Notes: generated by a model from the letters alone, not told the origin. A stretch of 64,000 nucleotides of DNA from Chiloscyllium plagiosum (GCF_004010195.1 NC_057718.1:76537057-76601056), one strand, 5' to 3'; positions 12,189-26,795 are shown, counted from the stretch's first letter. Numbers and translations are program-made.

Positions 12189-12519
12189 ATAAACTGGTTG
12201 TGTAAATTTGGGGGACAAATAATCAGGCATGGTGGGGGAGGGTGGGATTGGGGGGGCTGTTGTGGGCTGGGTGAGGGGGCAGTGTCTATGGTGTATGCTT
12301 TACCAAAATAAAGTTCTCACTAAAAATGTGCATGTTGACTCTTTCTACCATGCATCATCTGGAGTATAACAAAGCTGAGCACTTTTTAAAAGTTTGATTT
12401 TCAGAGACATTTGGATATGCTGGCAGATAGGTTATGGAAAGTTAACATGCAGGTGCAGCAAGCAGTTAAGAAGGCAAATAGAGTGTTAGCTTTTATTGCG
12501 AAGTAGTTGGAGTATTAGC

Positions 12520-13640
12520 ATGGAAGGTGAAATTTGGCTTGATAGCACACATTTTCCTTGCATAATCTCTCATCCTCACATTGCGTGCACAATCCTACAA
12601 AGCTTTCATCCTCAAACACCTGGCAAATTTGCTGTTACAACTATTAAAGAAATCAGCTTCTCTAACCTTTTCAGGGAGAACTCCAGATCCAATAATTTTG
12701 TCAATAAAACAAAGTCTCTACCTCTCCTCTAGATATGTTGCAATTGATTTTGAATCAATGACCTCTATTTATTTACTCATTCATCAGAGGTTAACAAAAC
12801 CTTGAATCTTTCATTAGGTCACCTCGTAACCTTCTCTGATTCAAGAATATCACTGATGTTTCTCATCTCTGGATCCCTCCTCTGTACATTTTTTACTGCC
12901 TCTGTATCTTTACTGAAATATAGTGTCCTGAATTGTCCACAGACTCAAGTTGAGCCCTAACCAGTGATTTTTAAGGTGCTAAAATGATTTTATTTTGTTC
13001 CATCCCTGTATTTATAAACTCAAGTAATCCCTATGCATTTTTAATGATTTTATCAGCATATCCTTGCCACCATTAAGGATTTGTGTTTGTAAACACCAAT
13101 GTCTTCCACTCATCTACACTTGTCATTATTTCTCAAATACTTTAATATATTACACTATCTTTCCATAGTAGGCCTCCTAAAGTATATCACCACACTTCCC
13201 TGTGTGCAACTCTACCTACCATGTCTATTCCCATTCATTAGCCTGTCCAAATAATTCTAAATCCTAAAACTAACCTTATCACTATACACTGCATTGCCAA
13301 GTTTCATATCATATACACACTTTTTAATACTACTTATGCACTGAAATCTTAGCCATTTAAAAATGTCACTAAGGGTAATGGAATGAAAACTTGGGGAGAA
13401 GATGTGTAAGTCACTTCCCTGCCAGAAAAGCATCCATCCACCAATACCTTTGCATTCCTAACACTGGAACAATTTTGTATCCATACCACACGTTCCTCTA
13501 AATTCCGTTTTCTTCTAAATTGCCTTCCAAAAGTCCATATGTACAAAATCTACTGCACTGTCAGGATCAATCTTTTCTGTACCCCATAAATAATTCAATG
13601 AAGCTAGTCAGACCTTTAACAAATCCATTCTCTTTGATTG
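12520..13640 (-). mobile_element. Highly decayed CR1 LINE fragment
   Basis: Residual WIQN...VLVDGCFS...PQ motifs in ORF 13349..13546; approximate ends. Confidence 0.55.
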
Positions 13641-14195
13641 TAAATGTAGTTTATGTTATCTCAGATGATACTTTTTTCCAAAATCATATTCAAAGAGGAA
13701 AAGTTTTAGATACTCTGTTAAATGAATTTTCCCTCATATTAAATTATGCTATGGTTCAGTCATGATGTTTAGCTGCATTTACTGTTCAGTTTGATGTTTA
13801 TAGTCATTTCACATGGCCACCACATAAGGAGAAAATTCCTCTATTTGATGTTTGCTGTGAAATTATTTGTGAGTTCTGATTCTCTGCGAATAGTGAGAAT
13901 AGATCTTACTCTCTGTGTGCTGTGACTGGACTGTGTATTTGAAATGGACATTGTTTTTGGCTATAACTCTGTAAATAATCATCACTTATTTTAACCCTTT
14001 TCAAAGATATCACTGGCACTTGACTGCATCATGCAGAGAATGTGTAATAATCAGTAACTTCTTCAGAGACTTACCAAGCTTCATCTGGTTTACGAAAGAT
14101 CACGAGCTTGTTCAGGGCAATGTCTGATATACAAACTGGTCCTCCTTTGGAAACATTACATAGCTTCATTTTAAACATTTCTGAAGTTCTTATCT

Positions 14196-14391
14196 TGAGA
14201 GTGTGGTGCTGGAAAAGCACAGCAGGCCAGGCAGCATCCAACGAGCAGGAGAATCGACGTTTTAGGCATAAGCCCTTCATCAGGCCTGAAACATCCATTC
14301 TCCTGTTCCTCAGATGCTGCCTGACCTGCTGTGCTCTTCCAGCACCACAGTCTCAACCCTAATCTTCAGCATCTGCAGTCCTCACTTTCTC
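14196..14391. mobile_element. Fold-back mini-PLE (family A)
   Basis: 15-bp TSD CTGAAGTTCTTATCT (14181-14195, 14392-14406); inverted arms; decayed core on the minus strand (CTGATGAAGGGCTTATGCCTAAAACGTC). Confidence 0.85.
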
Positions 14392-15349
14392 CTGAAGTTC
14401 TTATCTCTATGATATGCTACCAATGAATTGGGTTAGGAAAGATGAAGTGGGAAGATCAAGATCCAGGATTAAGGACATCATCAAGGTAGCAAAGTTTAGG
14501 AGAGTGTAAGCAGTAATTGTGTCCTGCTAATCTTGTAGAGAATGGAGGAAAGAAGTTAAGGGAGCTAATGGGTTTCACAGCCTTGAGGCTCTAGGAAATT
14601 ATTAATTAAAGTAGAAGCCTATGCAATAAGTCTGGATCCAACACAGTAAGCTTGCAGGAAGCAAGAACAGCTTGCAGACCATGTATTTGTTGATAAAGGT
14701 GAACAATATTGGACAAGCGATGAACACATTGCTGAAATAAGCATAGTAAAAGATTGAGAGGGAGTACCAGAGGTGAGGGAAGGAACAGCCATCAAGCGAT
14801 AACTATTTTTCTGTCACTTACTCAGAAGTGTGAATGAGGTGTTTCAAGAGTCTCCCAAGACATTTTAGCTGTTTGCAGTTTAGCATGTGCTGAGTTGTTC
14901 CAGCGTAACAGCTTGTGCAAGGTATTAAGTGGTGTCTGTGAACTCCTCAGGCAATTCAGTAAAATTGTGTGCTATGGTGGAAAATTGTACTGTCATTCTT
15001 TTCATAATTGGATTTGATTTGCAGCCTTTAAAATGAAATCTTTCATTCAATCTCACATTTTTTTAGTTTAAGTTGTCCCACTGGATTTTAATTTTAAAAC
15101 ATCCACTGGGTCTGGGTTTTCTAAATGGCTTCTTGCTGTTCCCTAAACAGCTACATTGACGATGAAATTATGACATCAACATCAAAGGAATAGGAACATT
15201 GTGAAAGAAACAGATGTTTCTCCCTGAACAGTAAAACCCGTCATTGGCCTTAACTTTACTGGATTCAACATTGCTTCATTTCGCTATAAATTCTGCACAC
15301 GACTCTGGTTGTAGAAAAATGTACAACAATGGGTTTGCTGTTAACTAAT

Positions 15350-15500
15350 AAAATCAGAAAGTGCTGGAGAAACTCAGCAGATCTGTGGAGACAGAAATTG
15401 AATTAATGATTAGAGTCCTGTGGCTCTTCTTCAGAATATCAGACTCAAAATGTTAACTGTTTTCTCTCTGTCTTTGTTTTAGATTTCTAGCATCCACAGA
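15350..15500. mobile_element. Old fold-back PLE-terminus remnant (family D)
   Basis: aaatcagaaagtgctggagaaactcagcag...ctcttcttcagaa; minus strand gives CTGAAGAAGAGCC...GACTC and the plus arm gactcaaaatgttaac. Degenerate; a related remnant may lie at about 57325-57420. Confidence 0.4.
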
Positions 15501-15747
15501 TCTTTGTCTCATTTTGCTGTTAACTCGTTTGTTCAGCCAGGCTTTTGAGTTCATCTTTGATATCAAATTATTATTTTGTTGACATAAGAAGAACTGCTTT
15601 TGAGCAATCTGACCCCACTCCTGTCCCCTTCTCACCCTCCAAATGCATTTCTCCTTCCTTGCAGCCATCTATTCAACTTGGTTTGTCAAGTACTGAATCA
15701 CAGATTGGGGCAGCTGAGCAGGAACTTTCTTCTAATATTTAAAAGTT

Positions 15748-15950
15748 GTCATAGTCCCACAGGGCTGTTCTCTCCTTAGACAGAGACAACTCATGGACAG
15801 TTCAACCTCATGGTCACCACTCCATGGGTGAGGGGTGAGGTTGAGAAAATAGGACCTTCATGGTAACCTTAGCCAGTACAGAAATTGAAGCCATAGGGTT
15901 GGCATCACTCTGCATAATCAACTAGCTGTCCAGCCAACTGAGCTAACCTT
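15748..15950 (-). mobile_element. Old tRNA-like SINE (second family)
   Basis: Reverse-complement homologue of 22328-22520 (tagctcagttggctgga head, gggactatgac tail). Confidence 0.55.
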
Positions 15951-18019
15951 TCCTTTGCCTGTCCACCTTCCTCAATTGAATTGGGAACTGTCTCCATGCC
16001 AATTATAGAGGGACTCTATGAAAATCCCAATGAGTGCTGCCTTCCCCACTTCCATCCCTGCCCCAGTGTAGGTTCAGAACCTGAAAACAGTCCTGGTTTG
16101 TTTCCTACTACTGTAAGGATAACCCAATTGTTGAGCTAACAAAAGAATCGTTGCGCTACCATCATAAGTTCTGTCATGGTTTATTTGACAAAGGCACTGC
16201 CTAAGAAGATATTGTGCAATATTGGTCCACTTAGTCATTGATCTATATTGAGTTTGCTGATCTCAATCAAAGCAACAGTTGCAGAGCTACAACTGGTCTC
16301 AGGTAGGACTTGCACTTCCAAATGTTATTGGAAGACTCCTATCGGAAAAATTAAGTAAACATATACTTTGGGTAACAATGGGATTGACTCAACTATGATC
16401 GTCTCTCTATGGGGCAATAGCCTGGTGGAATCATTGAGCGAGGAATGGCAATTGATATTACAATTGGAACATGCGTTTGTATGAATACACCTTTCAAGAC
16501 AGGAAGTGACAGAAGTCAGAGTGAGGGAGATAACAAAGAAACAATAAATAAGAAAGGGTTTGCTTATTTTCTCAATGCAAAGACATCATGGAAACTAACT
16601 GCTAACCACCCGATTTTGTCTCCAACATTAATTCTCAGCATTTCTAGATTTCTGTGCATGCAAAATATCTGAAATTTTCCACAGTTGTTGAGAAGTAGCA
16701 GAAAATACTAATTAGATAATACTATCAGATAAGTTGATAATACAGTTCTCACATAATACAAACAGCCTGTCACATTTATTGGCCAAATTGCTGACAAAGC
16801 AAGTAGTACTGTTGATCCATTGTAAGCAGAGTTTATCATGATTCCTTACCAGACAGGTTTACTTATTGCTCTTTCCAAACCACCACACTGTTAGGGTTAA
16901 TGTTCAGGGACTTGCATCATCTTATGGTTTGGTCGAAGGCCAACATGCAAATAATTAATTACATTAGCTGCTTAACTTCACTGTTCTGAGAAAAGTGACA
17001 TCATCCCATGGAGTGATTTGGCAACAGAGCAGAACAAACTTTCATAGACAGGAAATTTATAAAAAAAAAAGACAAATGTCTCTGAATGCTTAACCAGCCC
17101 ATGTGGAACGCACAAACCCATTTAAAGTCAAATAGAAATTAAAGTATTTTCGAAAGTTGTGAAGAAGCTGACATTTGGAGTGTGTGTTTATCAAGGTGAG
17201 AGCTGCACTAGAAATTAGAAAAAAATGTCTCCACTTCCCAATTAATAACCATCTCTCAGACTATCAGGTCAGGAATGGGACAACTCAAATATAATGTAAA
17301 GCTGCCTTTTATTTTGAGAATTTCAGCCTTAATATTAGTATATAAATTAGACTATTGTGATGTTTTTTCTCTGTTTCTGGCCTCATTGGCTATCAGAGTG
17401 CAGAGCACTGATGTCTGTTCCAAATTGGATGATACATAGATTTTTTCTTGGATGAAATAACAACTGAAAGCAGGGCAGAACATATTCTGCACCTGGCTAA
17501 TCTGTAATGTGCTGGCTTCATCCATAGATTGAGTCAGCCTAATTGAAATATCCACGATAAGCACTATTGTGAACAGGAGCTAACTTGACTCTGTTGAATT
17601 CAAGATATTATAAAATGGGCTGAAAGCACAACTATTTAAAAATGATGTCTAGCAGGTTTGCAGGAGATCAGAGGGCCCTTGGGCTTTCAGATGAAGCTGG
17701 GGCAGTGTGGAAGTGGTGTAGAAGAAGGCAATTCATCTTGGCACAAAGTGATGAAGGAGCAATTGAAGACGATGGTCAGGTTAGTCATTGCCAACTTTAT
17801 GATCGGATGCATGGCTGGGCAGTGCATGGATAGGTTAAGTTGCCAAGGTAAGTGAAGCCAGCCATTTTTTCTGAGAATGTACTTTATGGACCCTGTCCAC
17901 AATTCACAATCATCTGCCTTCGTATTATTTTTAAATGCTTGAACAGCTTAAACTCGCGAACTGAGCCTTTACATAGAAGTATTCCTCCTGGAACATGTGC
18001 ATTAATCCAATAAAAGATT

Positions 18020-21000
18020 TACATAGAATCATAGAAAATAGGAAACAGAGTAGGCATCTTTGAGCCTGATCAGCCATTCAATATGATCATGGCTGATCAT
18101 CCAACTCAGTAGCCTGTTCCTGATGTCATTCCCTATCCTTTGATCCCTTTAAACCTAAAGACTATATCTAATTCCTTTTTGAAAACATTCAGTGTTTTGG
18201 CCTCAACCACCCTCTAAAGCAGACAATTTCACAGGCTCACCGCTCTCTGGATGACAATACTTCTCCTCACCTCAGTCCTAAATGCCCTATCCTATATCAT
18301 TAAACTGTGACCTCTGGTTCTGGATTCTCTAGTCATCCTTCCTGCATTTACCTTGTCTGGTCCTCTCACAATTTTATAGGTTTTTATGAAATCTCCCCTC
18401 ATTAATGTAAACTCCAATGAATATAGTCCAAACTAATTCAGTCTCTTTTCATTTATCAGTCCTGCCATTGCAGGAATTTGACTGATAAATCTTCATTGCA
18501 TTCCTTCCATAGCCCAGAATGTTGTCCTCCAATAAGGGTGCCAAAGCTGCCACAGAATTCTCCAAGTGTGGTCACACCAAGACCCTGTACGTTTGCAGTA
18601 AGACATCCTTGCTTCTATACTCAAGTCCTCTTGATATGAAGGCCAACATAAATTTCACCTTCTCCACTGCCTGTTGCACCTATATGCTTACTTTCAGCGA
18701 TTAGTGTACAACGACATTCGGGTATCATTGTATCTGCTCTTTTCCCAATCTGTTGCCATTCAGGTAATAATCCACCTTCATGTTTTTCGTATCAAAGTGG
18801 ATAACCTCACACTTATCCACATTATATTTCATCTGCCATATATTTGTCCACTGACTCAACATGTCCAATTCACACTGAAGCATCTCTGCATCCTCCTTAC
18901 AGTTAGTTCACACTCCCTCTTACCTTTGTGTTGTCTGCAAACTCAGATATTATATTTAGTTCCCTCATCAAAATCATAAATATATTTTGTGAATAGCTGA
19001 GGTCCAAGCAGTGATCCCTGCAATACTTTGCTGATCACTGGTTGCCACTCAGGATGTGACAAGTTTATTCCTCTTTGTTTCCTGCCTGCCAGCCAATTCC
19101 CTATCCATGTCAGTACACTACACCCCTCATTCCATACACTTTAATTTTACATACTAAGCTCCTATGTAGGACCTTATTGAATGCCTTCTGATAGTCCAAA
19201 TAAACCACATCTGCTGCTTCTCCCAATCAATCCTACTAGTTACACCCTCAAAAAAGTCCAGTAGATTTATCAAGCATGATTTCCCTTTTGTAATCCATGC
19301 TGACTCTGTCCAATACTGTCACAGTGTTCCAAGGGCTCTGCTATAAATTCTTTTGTAATAGATTCTAGCACTTTCCCTACTACTGATGTAAGGTTAACTC
19401 GTCTATAATTCCTTATTTTCTTTTTGCTTCTCTTTTTTAAATAGTGATATTACATCAGCTACCTTCCAAGGTAGGTTCCATAGAAACTGTTTCAGAATCT
19501 AAAGAATTGTGAAAGATGGTCATCAATGCATCTGCTGTCTTCAGGGCTGTTGCCTTAACTACTCTGGGATGTAGATTGGCACGCCCTAGGGATTTGTTAG
19601 CCTTTAATTCCACAAATTTTCCCAATACCATTTCCCTATTAGTACTGGTTTCTTTCCCAAACTATACTTGTAATGTTGGGAAAGGCAACTAGACCATGCA
19701 TTCCCCACCATTTTGGCATATTACGTGTATCCTCTTTTTTGACAACAAAACCAAAATATGTGTTGAATTTATTCCCCATTATAACGTCCCCTGTTTCTGG
19801 CTGTAAGGGTCTTACTTTGGACTTCACTGACTTTGTTCTCTTCGCATTCCTATTAAAAACTTTGACATTCAGTTCTTTGCAAACTTACTCTTGTACACTA
19901 TGTTTCCTACCTTAATTGATTCTTTTGCCCTCCTTTGCTGAAATCTAAACTGTTCCCAATTCTCTAGTCTACTGTTCTTTCTGGCAAGCTCGTATGTCCC
20001 TTCCTTGGAACTAATATTATTCCTAATTTCTCTTATTAGCCTTGGCTGGGCCACCATTCCCATTTTACTTTTGTGCCAGACAGGATGAACAATTGTTGCA
20101 ATTCATTCATGCATTCTTTAATTGTTTGTAATTGCCTATCTACCATCATCCCTTTAAGTAATGCTTCTCAATTTATCATAGCCAGCTCACATCTCATACC
20201 TGCATAGTTTCTTCTATTTAGATTAAGAATCAGCTACATCACTTTTGATCTTAATAAAGAATGCAATCAAATTATGGTCACTCTTCACCAAGTGACCTTG
20301 CACAGCTAGATTGGCAATTATTTCTTTCTCATTACATAATACCCATTGAGAATGGCCCATCCTCTCATTGGTTCCTCAGCGCATTGATTTAGAAAACCAT
20401 CTCATACACACTCCAGGAATTCCTCCTCTACTCTACTGGTATTGATTTGAATTGTTCATCTTTATACAGAATAAAAATGCTCATAATTACTGCTGCACCT
20501 TTATTGCTTATAGCTCTAATTTCATGTTTACTGCCTTTCCCAATATTACCAGTACAATTTGGGGATCTATATGCAACCCCTACAACTGTTTTCTGTTCCT
20601 TGGTATCTCTAAACTTTACTTATACAGATCCTAATTTACCGGAGCTAATATTGTTCCTCTCTATTGAGTTTATGTCCTCTTTGACCAGCAATGCTACCCC
20701 ATCTCCTTTTCATCTTTGTCTGGCCATCCCAAAAACGGAATACCTCTGAGTATCCAGTTCCTATCCCCAGCCCTCCTGAAGCCATACCTCTATAATCCCA
20801 ACTGTATTGTATCCCATTTTATCTATTTACATGACTAATTCATTCACTTTATTGCGAATGCTCCGCACATTAAGACACAACGCCTTAAGTCTTGTCTTCT
20901 TAATATGTTTAGTCCTTTTCACATTATTTAGCACTGTGATTTGAATTCTCTGCCTGTCATTTTTCTTTTTTCTGATTCTGTCCTTTATTTTTGCCCTTGT
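18020..21000 (-). mobile_element. Long decayed CR1 LINE (endonuclease to 3' tail)
   Basis: catagaa tail at left; LKALCLNVRSIRNKVNEL (APE endonuclease start) in ORF 20827..21126; RT remnants between. Confidence 0.8.
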
Positions 21001-21639
21001 TGTTTCCCTCTCTTCTATCTTCCTGTATCGAGATGAAAAGCATGTCTGTGTAATATAAGATAATGTTAGATGTTCTATTTTTTGCTCAAGGACTTGGGAA
21101 GCCCAAAATAGCTGACAGACCCCCAAACGTCAGCCACCTGACCCCTTCTGCAGAGGAAGCTCTCGAAATCTTCAGTCAATGATATAATACAGGAAGGGGA
21201 GTAGGATCTCAATTGCAACTGTGGACTTACAAGAAATTCTAAGCTAGGGCAGTTGGTGCTGAAACAAGAGGAGGGAGATCTTGTGGATAGATCAGAATGT
21301 ACCAGAGCCAGATTTCAAGGGGTTTGATTTTAAAAGTAAGATGCTTGTACAGCATCATATGTTTCAGCAAGAACTGGAGACTGTAACAGCCAGCAGGCTG
21401 CAGAAATGGAATTTCTAAATCATACATGGAATGTTTTGTATACTGCAATCTTAAAACAGCTTTATATGGAGTTGAATTACCGTAACAAAAGCTCCAAGGG
21501 TATTTTATGTTGTTCCATAGACATTCAGAGGCCTGGACTTTGATATTTGAAAGAACTTGATGGATGATTGCAGATAACATGACACAAGAGCTAAGTGAAC
21601 TCATTTTACCCTTCAGGTCGGTGGCTCACTTAAGAACTC

Positions 21640-22258
21640 TATCCCATTCTAAATGTCATTGGTCAGAGCACTGGGTATAGGAGTTGGCATGTCATTTTGT
21701 GGCTGTACATGGTATTGGTGAGACCACTGAACTATGTACAGTTCTAGTCAACCTGCTACATGAAGGATATGATTAAACTAGAAAGGGTGCAAAAAGAATT
21801 TACAAGGATCTTACCGTGACAGGAGGGTTTGAGTTATAGGGAGAGGCTGGTTAGGTTGGGACTTATTTCCCTGGAGCATAGGAGGCTGAGGGGTCATGTT
21901 ATAAAGATTTATAAAATCATGAGGGGCATTGAGAAGGCGAACAGAAAATGTCTTTTCGCTGGGGAGTTCAAAACTAGAGGGCATAAGTTTAAGGTAAGGG
22001 GGAAAGATTTAATAGGGATTTGAAAGACAACTTTTTCATATAGAGGGTGGTGTGTTTATGGGATGAGCTGCAGGAGGAAGTGGTAGATGCAGTACAATTA
22101 CAAAATATAAAAGACGTTTGAAAAGATACATAAATAGGAAAGGTTCACATGTGTATGGGACCAATGCAGGCAAATGGGACTAGGTTAATTTAGGAAACCT
22201 AATTGACATGGTTGGACCAAAAGTCTGACTCTCTGTTGTATGACTCTATGACTTTATG
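21640..22258 (+). mobile_element. CR1/HER1-like LINE 3' end
   Basis: SYRERLVRLGLISLEHRRLRG...FKTRGHKFKVRG; (tatgactc)n tail. Confidence 0.85.
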
Positions 22259-22327
22259 TCACTGAAACTGTAAAATGCTCCAGTGTGGACTGGAGAGCTG
22301 AAACCAAATTACAAGGTATTCCAGCTT

Positions 22328-22520
22328 GGGGGTGGCTAGCACAGTTGGCTGGATGACTGGTTTGTGATACTACCAGCAACGTGTGTAATTCCCTTACTAG
22401 CTCAGGTCACCATAAAGGCTTTGCCTGCTTAGCCTCACTCCTTGCCTGAGGAGTGGTAATACTCACATTAAACTCACCATCAGTCTCACTCTAATGAGAG
22501 CGCAGCCTCTGGGACTGCAC
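22328..22520 (+). mobile_element. Old tRNA-like SINE (second family)
   Basis: Homologue of 15748-15950. Confidence 0.55.
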
Positions 22521-22669
22521 CACGTTTAGAAGTGCCATTTTTTAGAAATCTTGATGATGATAGTGTTGTAGCAGAAAGAAAAAGGAGGTCATAATCTGTT
22601 AATTCTTCACCAGGTGTGGTAGTCAAGAGATTATCTCCTCCATAGCTTCCTATATCCTACCTTATATCA

Positions 22670-23300
22670 AGTTCCCTTCACTGCAGTAACTCACCAAGGC
22701 TCCTCCAACAGTATTATTCAAATTCGTGACATTTACCATATCGATGGACATGAGTAGCAAATGCATACAAGCACCACCATCTGCAAATCCCCTTGAAGCC
22801 ATACAGTCCTAACCTGGAAATATATAGATGTTATTTCACTGTCGCTGGGGCAAAATCTTGGAACACCCTTGCTAACAACATCTAACAACACCCTACATCA
22901 TATGGATGTCATGAAGGCAACTCTTCATTACCTTCTGAAAGGCAATTAGGGATGGGCAACAAATGGTGGCCTAGCCAGTGATGCCCACATCCCATGAAAG
23001 TTTATCTATTTTTCAATTGTTTTGAAATGTTTATGGTGACCCACCTTATTTAACCACCAGTGCAGGTAGCTCTATTATGTTATTAGGTAGGAGATTCCAA
23101 GATTTTACAAAAGCAATAATAAGGGAATGGCAATATATTTACAAGTCAGAATGGTACGTGGCTTTTCAATGGAGATCACACGTTGAATATTACTGTTGAA
23201 GTGCCTTGTTAAGTCCCCCGGGTGTGTCTTGTAGATGGTACACATTGCGACCACTGTGCACTGGTTTTGGAGTGAGTGAATGTTTAAGATATTCAAACTG
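22670..23300. mobile_element. Fragments of a second CR1-clade LINE 3' region (both orientations)
   Basis: Homologous to 28895-29570 and 49778-50552 (tagccagtgatgcccacatcccatga tail). Confidence 0.6.
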
Positions 23301-25486
23301 CCAGTGTAACTTCCTTTTCCTCCATTACTCCTTGTTTGAATTTTCAAGGTATGAAAATAATGTGAACATCCAACTACAAAAGGTCTGAGCTGAAGCATGT
23401 GGACCGAGGGAGGAAATGATTCCCTCATAACAAATAACAAACAGGCTGATGGCAAAATAGTATTCAACAGAAAAAAAAGAGAAAAATTACAAATGGAAAT
23501 TATTTAGAAATAAACATCTAATTATACATATCAATATTTAATTGTTAAAACCAATTTTTTCCTATTCCAGAGTATTGCGCAACCTTGAGCATTGCATTTT
23601 TATCTGGCTGTGAATTTCATTCAGTTAAATGATGTATAAGTAATACTATTTATACAATTTTCATTGTCAGGCAAATAAAAATAACAGAAATAAGATGCAT
23701 AATTGTCATTTCCACCTAATTTACATTGAATTGCCAAAACACACAGGTCAATCCCCCAACAAACAACAATAACTATGGAAAAAGGGATGGATGTGAACGT
23801 AAACTCATAGAGATGTACAACACATAAACAGGCCCTTTCCTAAATGTATCTAGTCTCATTTGTCAGTATTTGGCCCATATCCCTCTAACCCTTTCCTATG
23901 GTGGTGATCGATTCTCCATTGCTCCGGCAGTTCTCTGTACAATGTCTTGTCTGCACTAAGGAAAGTGGTATTGTCAAAGGTGACATCTTTACAATGGAAA
24001 GTTAAAGCAAGGTGTCTGACAACTTTGCCGAATGTAAAATGTTGGCATTTCAGAGACCGTGGGAGAGGTTCCCACCAGTAGCTATCCCTCAAACAAAATC
24101 AATCAAACAAGGACAAACAGCTCATTGCTCCGATAAAATCAACCCCTGCCTTTCCTATATTACAGCAGTGACTATGGTTGCAGAAGTACAAAATTGGCTG
24201 CAACGCATTTTGCAACTTAAAAGCTGTATGAATGCATATTTTTTCTTACATACTGTCTGGAGATTCATTAATTTTTTTGTACATTGGGCAGACTTCTCAT
24301 TCAGATTGATTTCAAAAGGTGGCAATTTTAAATTTACTCTTTGGGTGGATAAAAGCCTTTTTTCTGGGAAATTGGCATTTCATCCCTTTGTTTACTAATC
24401 TGAGGCAGGATTGCTTGATCATTTGGGAAAATATGACAAGATCAGCACAAGTGAGAATCCTTCTGAGAAAATGTCAGATTCTGCAATCAAGCTTTGAATG
24501 GTGAGAGTAGAATCTCACTCATGAGTGATAAGAGGCATATTTGCAAGCAAATGCATGAAATTGGTACTGATCTCACCTAATTTATTTGTATTTTCCTTTT
24601 CTCCTACATGCCAGATTGAAACTAGATGATCAGTACTACCGTGAAAGTGGATACCCGACAACTCCATGACTTTTCCCTTTGAGCCTCCAACTTGGGACAG
24701 CAGTCCCAAACATCTCAGGGCATGCTCCATAGGTAGTGATGGCCCATTATCCACCATTCCCACATTTTGGCTTCAAATATGCACCAGTCGCTTTGCATCT
24801 TCATGGCACATCTCCAAAGTAGCAATCACCTTCCAAGGTCTCACAACCTGCACAATGTACAGGAGCTGCTTATTTCAGATCTTTGTCTATAAAATATCCA
24901 CATTATTATTCTACATGCAGTGCTGCCTTTCTTGGGTACTGTGGGGTTTGGGAAGTTGGGAGGAAGATTCTCATTACTGTTCCTATATGTACAATGTCTG
25001 ACTGTGGGCACCAGAAGAATGGAGCAGCAGACAACTGAATGAGGGCAATGATGGGCAATGTAGAGACATCCCACTTGCCTCCTTGTCAGGGACCTCCTTG
25101 TCCCAATGCTAAGAGAATGCTGTTTAAATGTTATTTGTGTGTGCTGTAACTACTGAGTCATTATACTATGAAGAGATGCTTTGCTTCTGATATTGACCAT
25201 ATAAACTCCTTGGAACCATCTTCAATGGATCTAGGCATAGATGTGGGTGTCTCAGTACCTGTTGCACTAAGAGCTGCTCCACGAAAGGATAAGAAATACA
25301 TGTTCCTGGAAGATCAGGACCAGCATTGACCTCCAGTGACTATGCAGCCACTTCCTACTGAGGAGCTTGCAGTTGCAAACACTGTCATAATGCGACAAAG
25401 ATGCAGAAGCACCACCATCGCTGGTCTTCCACAGAACACTGCGCAGATAGAGAGAAGGGCAGTGGTACAATACTTTGTCCAGAGGT

Positions 25487-26482
25487 CATCTGTGTCTCAT
25501 CCATGTTCCGCACCTCACCCTCAAACACTATCCCTCCAACCGCAACAAGGACAGAATCCCCCCCCCCCCCCGGTCCTCACTATCCACCCCACCAACCTCC
25601 GTATAAAGCACATAATCCGCCAACATTTCTACCACCTACAAACAGACCCCACCAGCAGGGATATATTTCCCTCCCCACACCTATCCACTTGCCTCAAAGA
25701 CCGTTCCCTCCATGACTACTTGGCCAAGTCCACGCCCAAGTGGACTTTTTGCACCTTCCCCTGACACTGCAGGAATTGCAAAACCTGCGCCCACACCTCC
25801 CCCCTCATCTCCATCCAAGGCCCCAAAGGAGCCTTCCTTATCCATCAAAGTTTCACCTGCACATCCATCAATGTCATTTATTGCATCCGTTGCTCCCGAC
25901 ACGGTGTCCTTCACATTGGGGAGACTGGAAGCCTTCTCGCAGAGTGCTTTAGGGGACATCTTGTGACGCCTGCACCAATCAACCCCACCACCCCGTGGCC
26001 GAACATTTCAATTCCCCCTCCCACTCTGCCGAGAACATGCAGATCCTGGACCTTCTCCACCGCCACTCCCTCACCATCTGATGCCTGGAGGAAGAATGCC
26101 TCATCTTCCGCCTTGGAACCCTTCAACGCCAGGGCATCAATATGGACTTCACCAGTTTCATCATTTCCCCTCTCCCCACCTTACCCCAGTTCCAAACTTC
26201 CAGGTCAGCAATGTCAATCTTCTTTCCCACCTATCCGCTCCACCCTCCTCTCCGATCTATCACCTTTACCCCTTATCCCACATGGTCAATAATGCCCTCT
26301 ACTGCACCTCCACCCTTGAACTCCAACCCTCCAACCGCAACAAGGACAGAACCCCCACCTCCACCAAAGGCTTCCTGCCTCAATCCTGATGAAGGACTCC
26401 TCCCAAAACATTGACTTTCCTGCTCCTTGGATGCTGCCTTACCTGCTGTGCATTTCCAGCACCACTCTAATCTTGACTCTGC
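25487..26482 (+). mobile_element. Penelope-like element 3' half: GIY-YIG endonuclease remnant plus family A terminus
   Basis: Reads CRNCKTCAHTS...FTCTSINVIYCIRCSRHGVLHIGET...LEEECLIFRLGTLQ; decayed hammerhead CTGATGA at 26386; 8-bp TSD CCAGAGGT (25479-25486, 26483-26490). Confidence 0.85.
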
Positions 26483-26539
26483 CCAGAGGTGTCAGCAGGA
26501 ACAACATGTGATCTTCCTTCAGGCAGAAATTACAGAAGC

Positions 26540-26795
26540 TTGAACACACACACTAACAGGTTCAAGAACAGCTTCTTCCCTGTTGTTATTAGATTGCTGA
26601 ATGGGCCTCTCTAATTTCAAATTTAATGTTGACCTTACTTTTGTGCACTTCCTGTGCAGTCATAACCTTGTGTGTCTTGCTCTGTCTAAGAACTCAATGA
26701 TCTGTATGCCCTTGTTTATAATGGTCTGCCTGTACTGCTGGCAAAGCAGAACCTTTCATTGTACTTAGGTACATGTGACAACACTAAATCAAATT
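26540..26795 (+). mobile_element. Rex1/Babar- or L2-type LINE 3' end
   Basis: RFKNSFFPVVIRLLN C-terminal motif and gtacatgtgacaa...aaatcaaat tail; a similar tail occurs at about 27950-28055. Confidence 0.6.

Noticed and set aside
12228..12282. G-run cluster able to form a G-quadruplex
   Set aside because: Common low-complexity feature with no supporting context.
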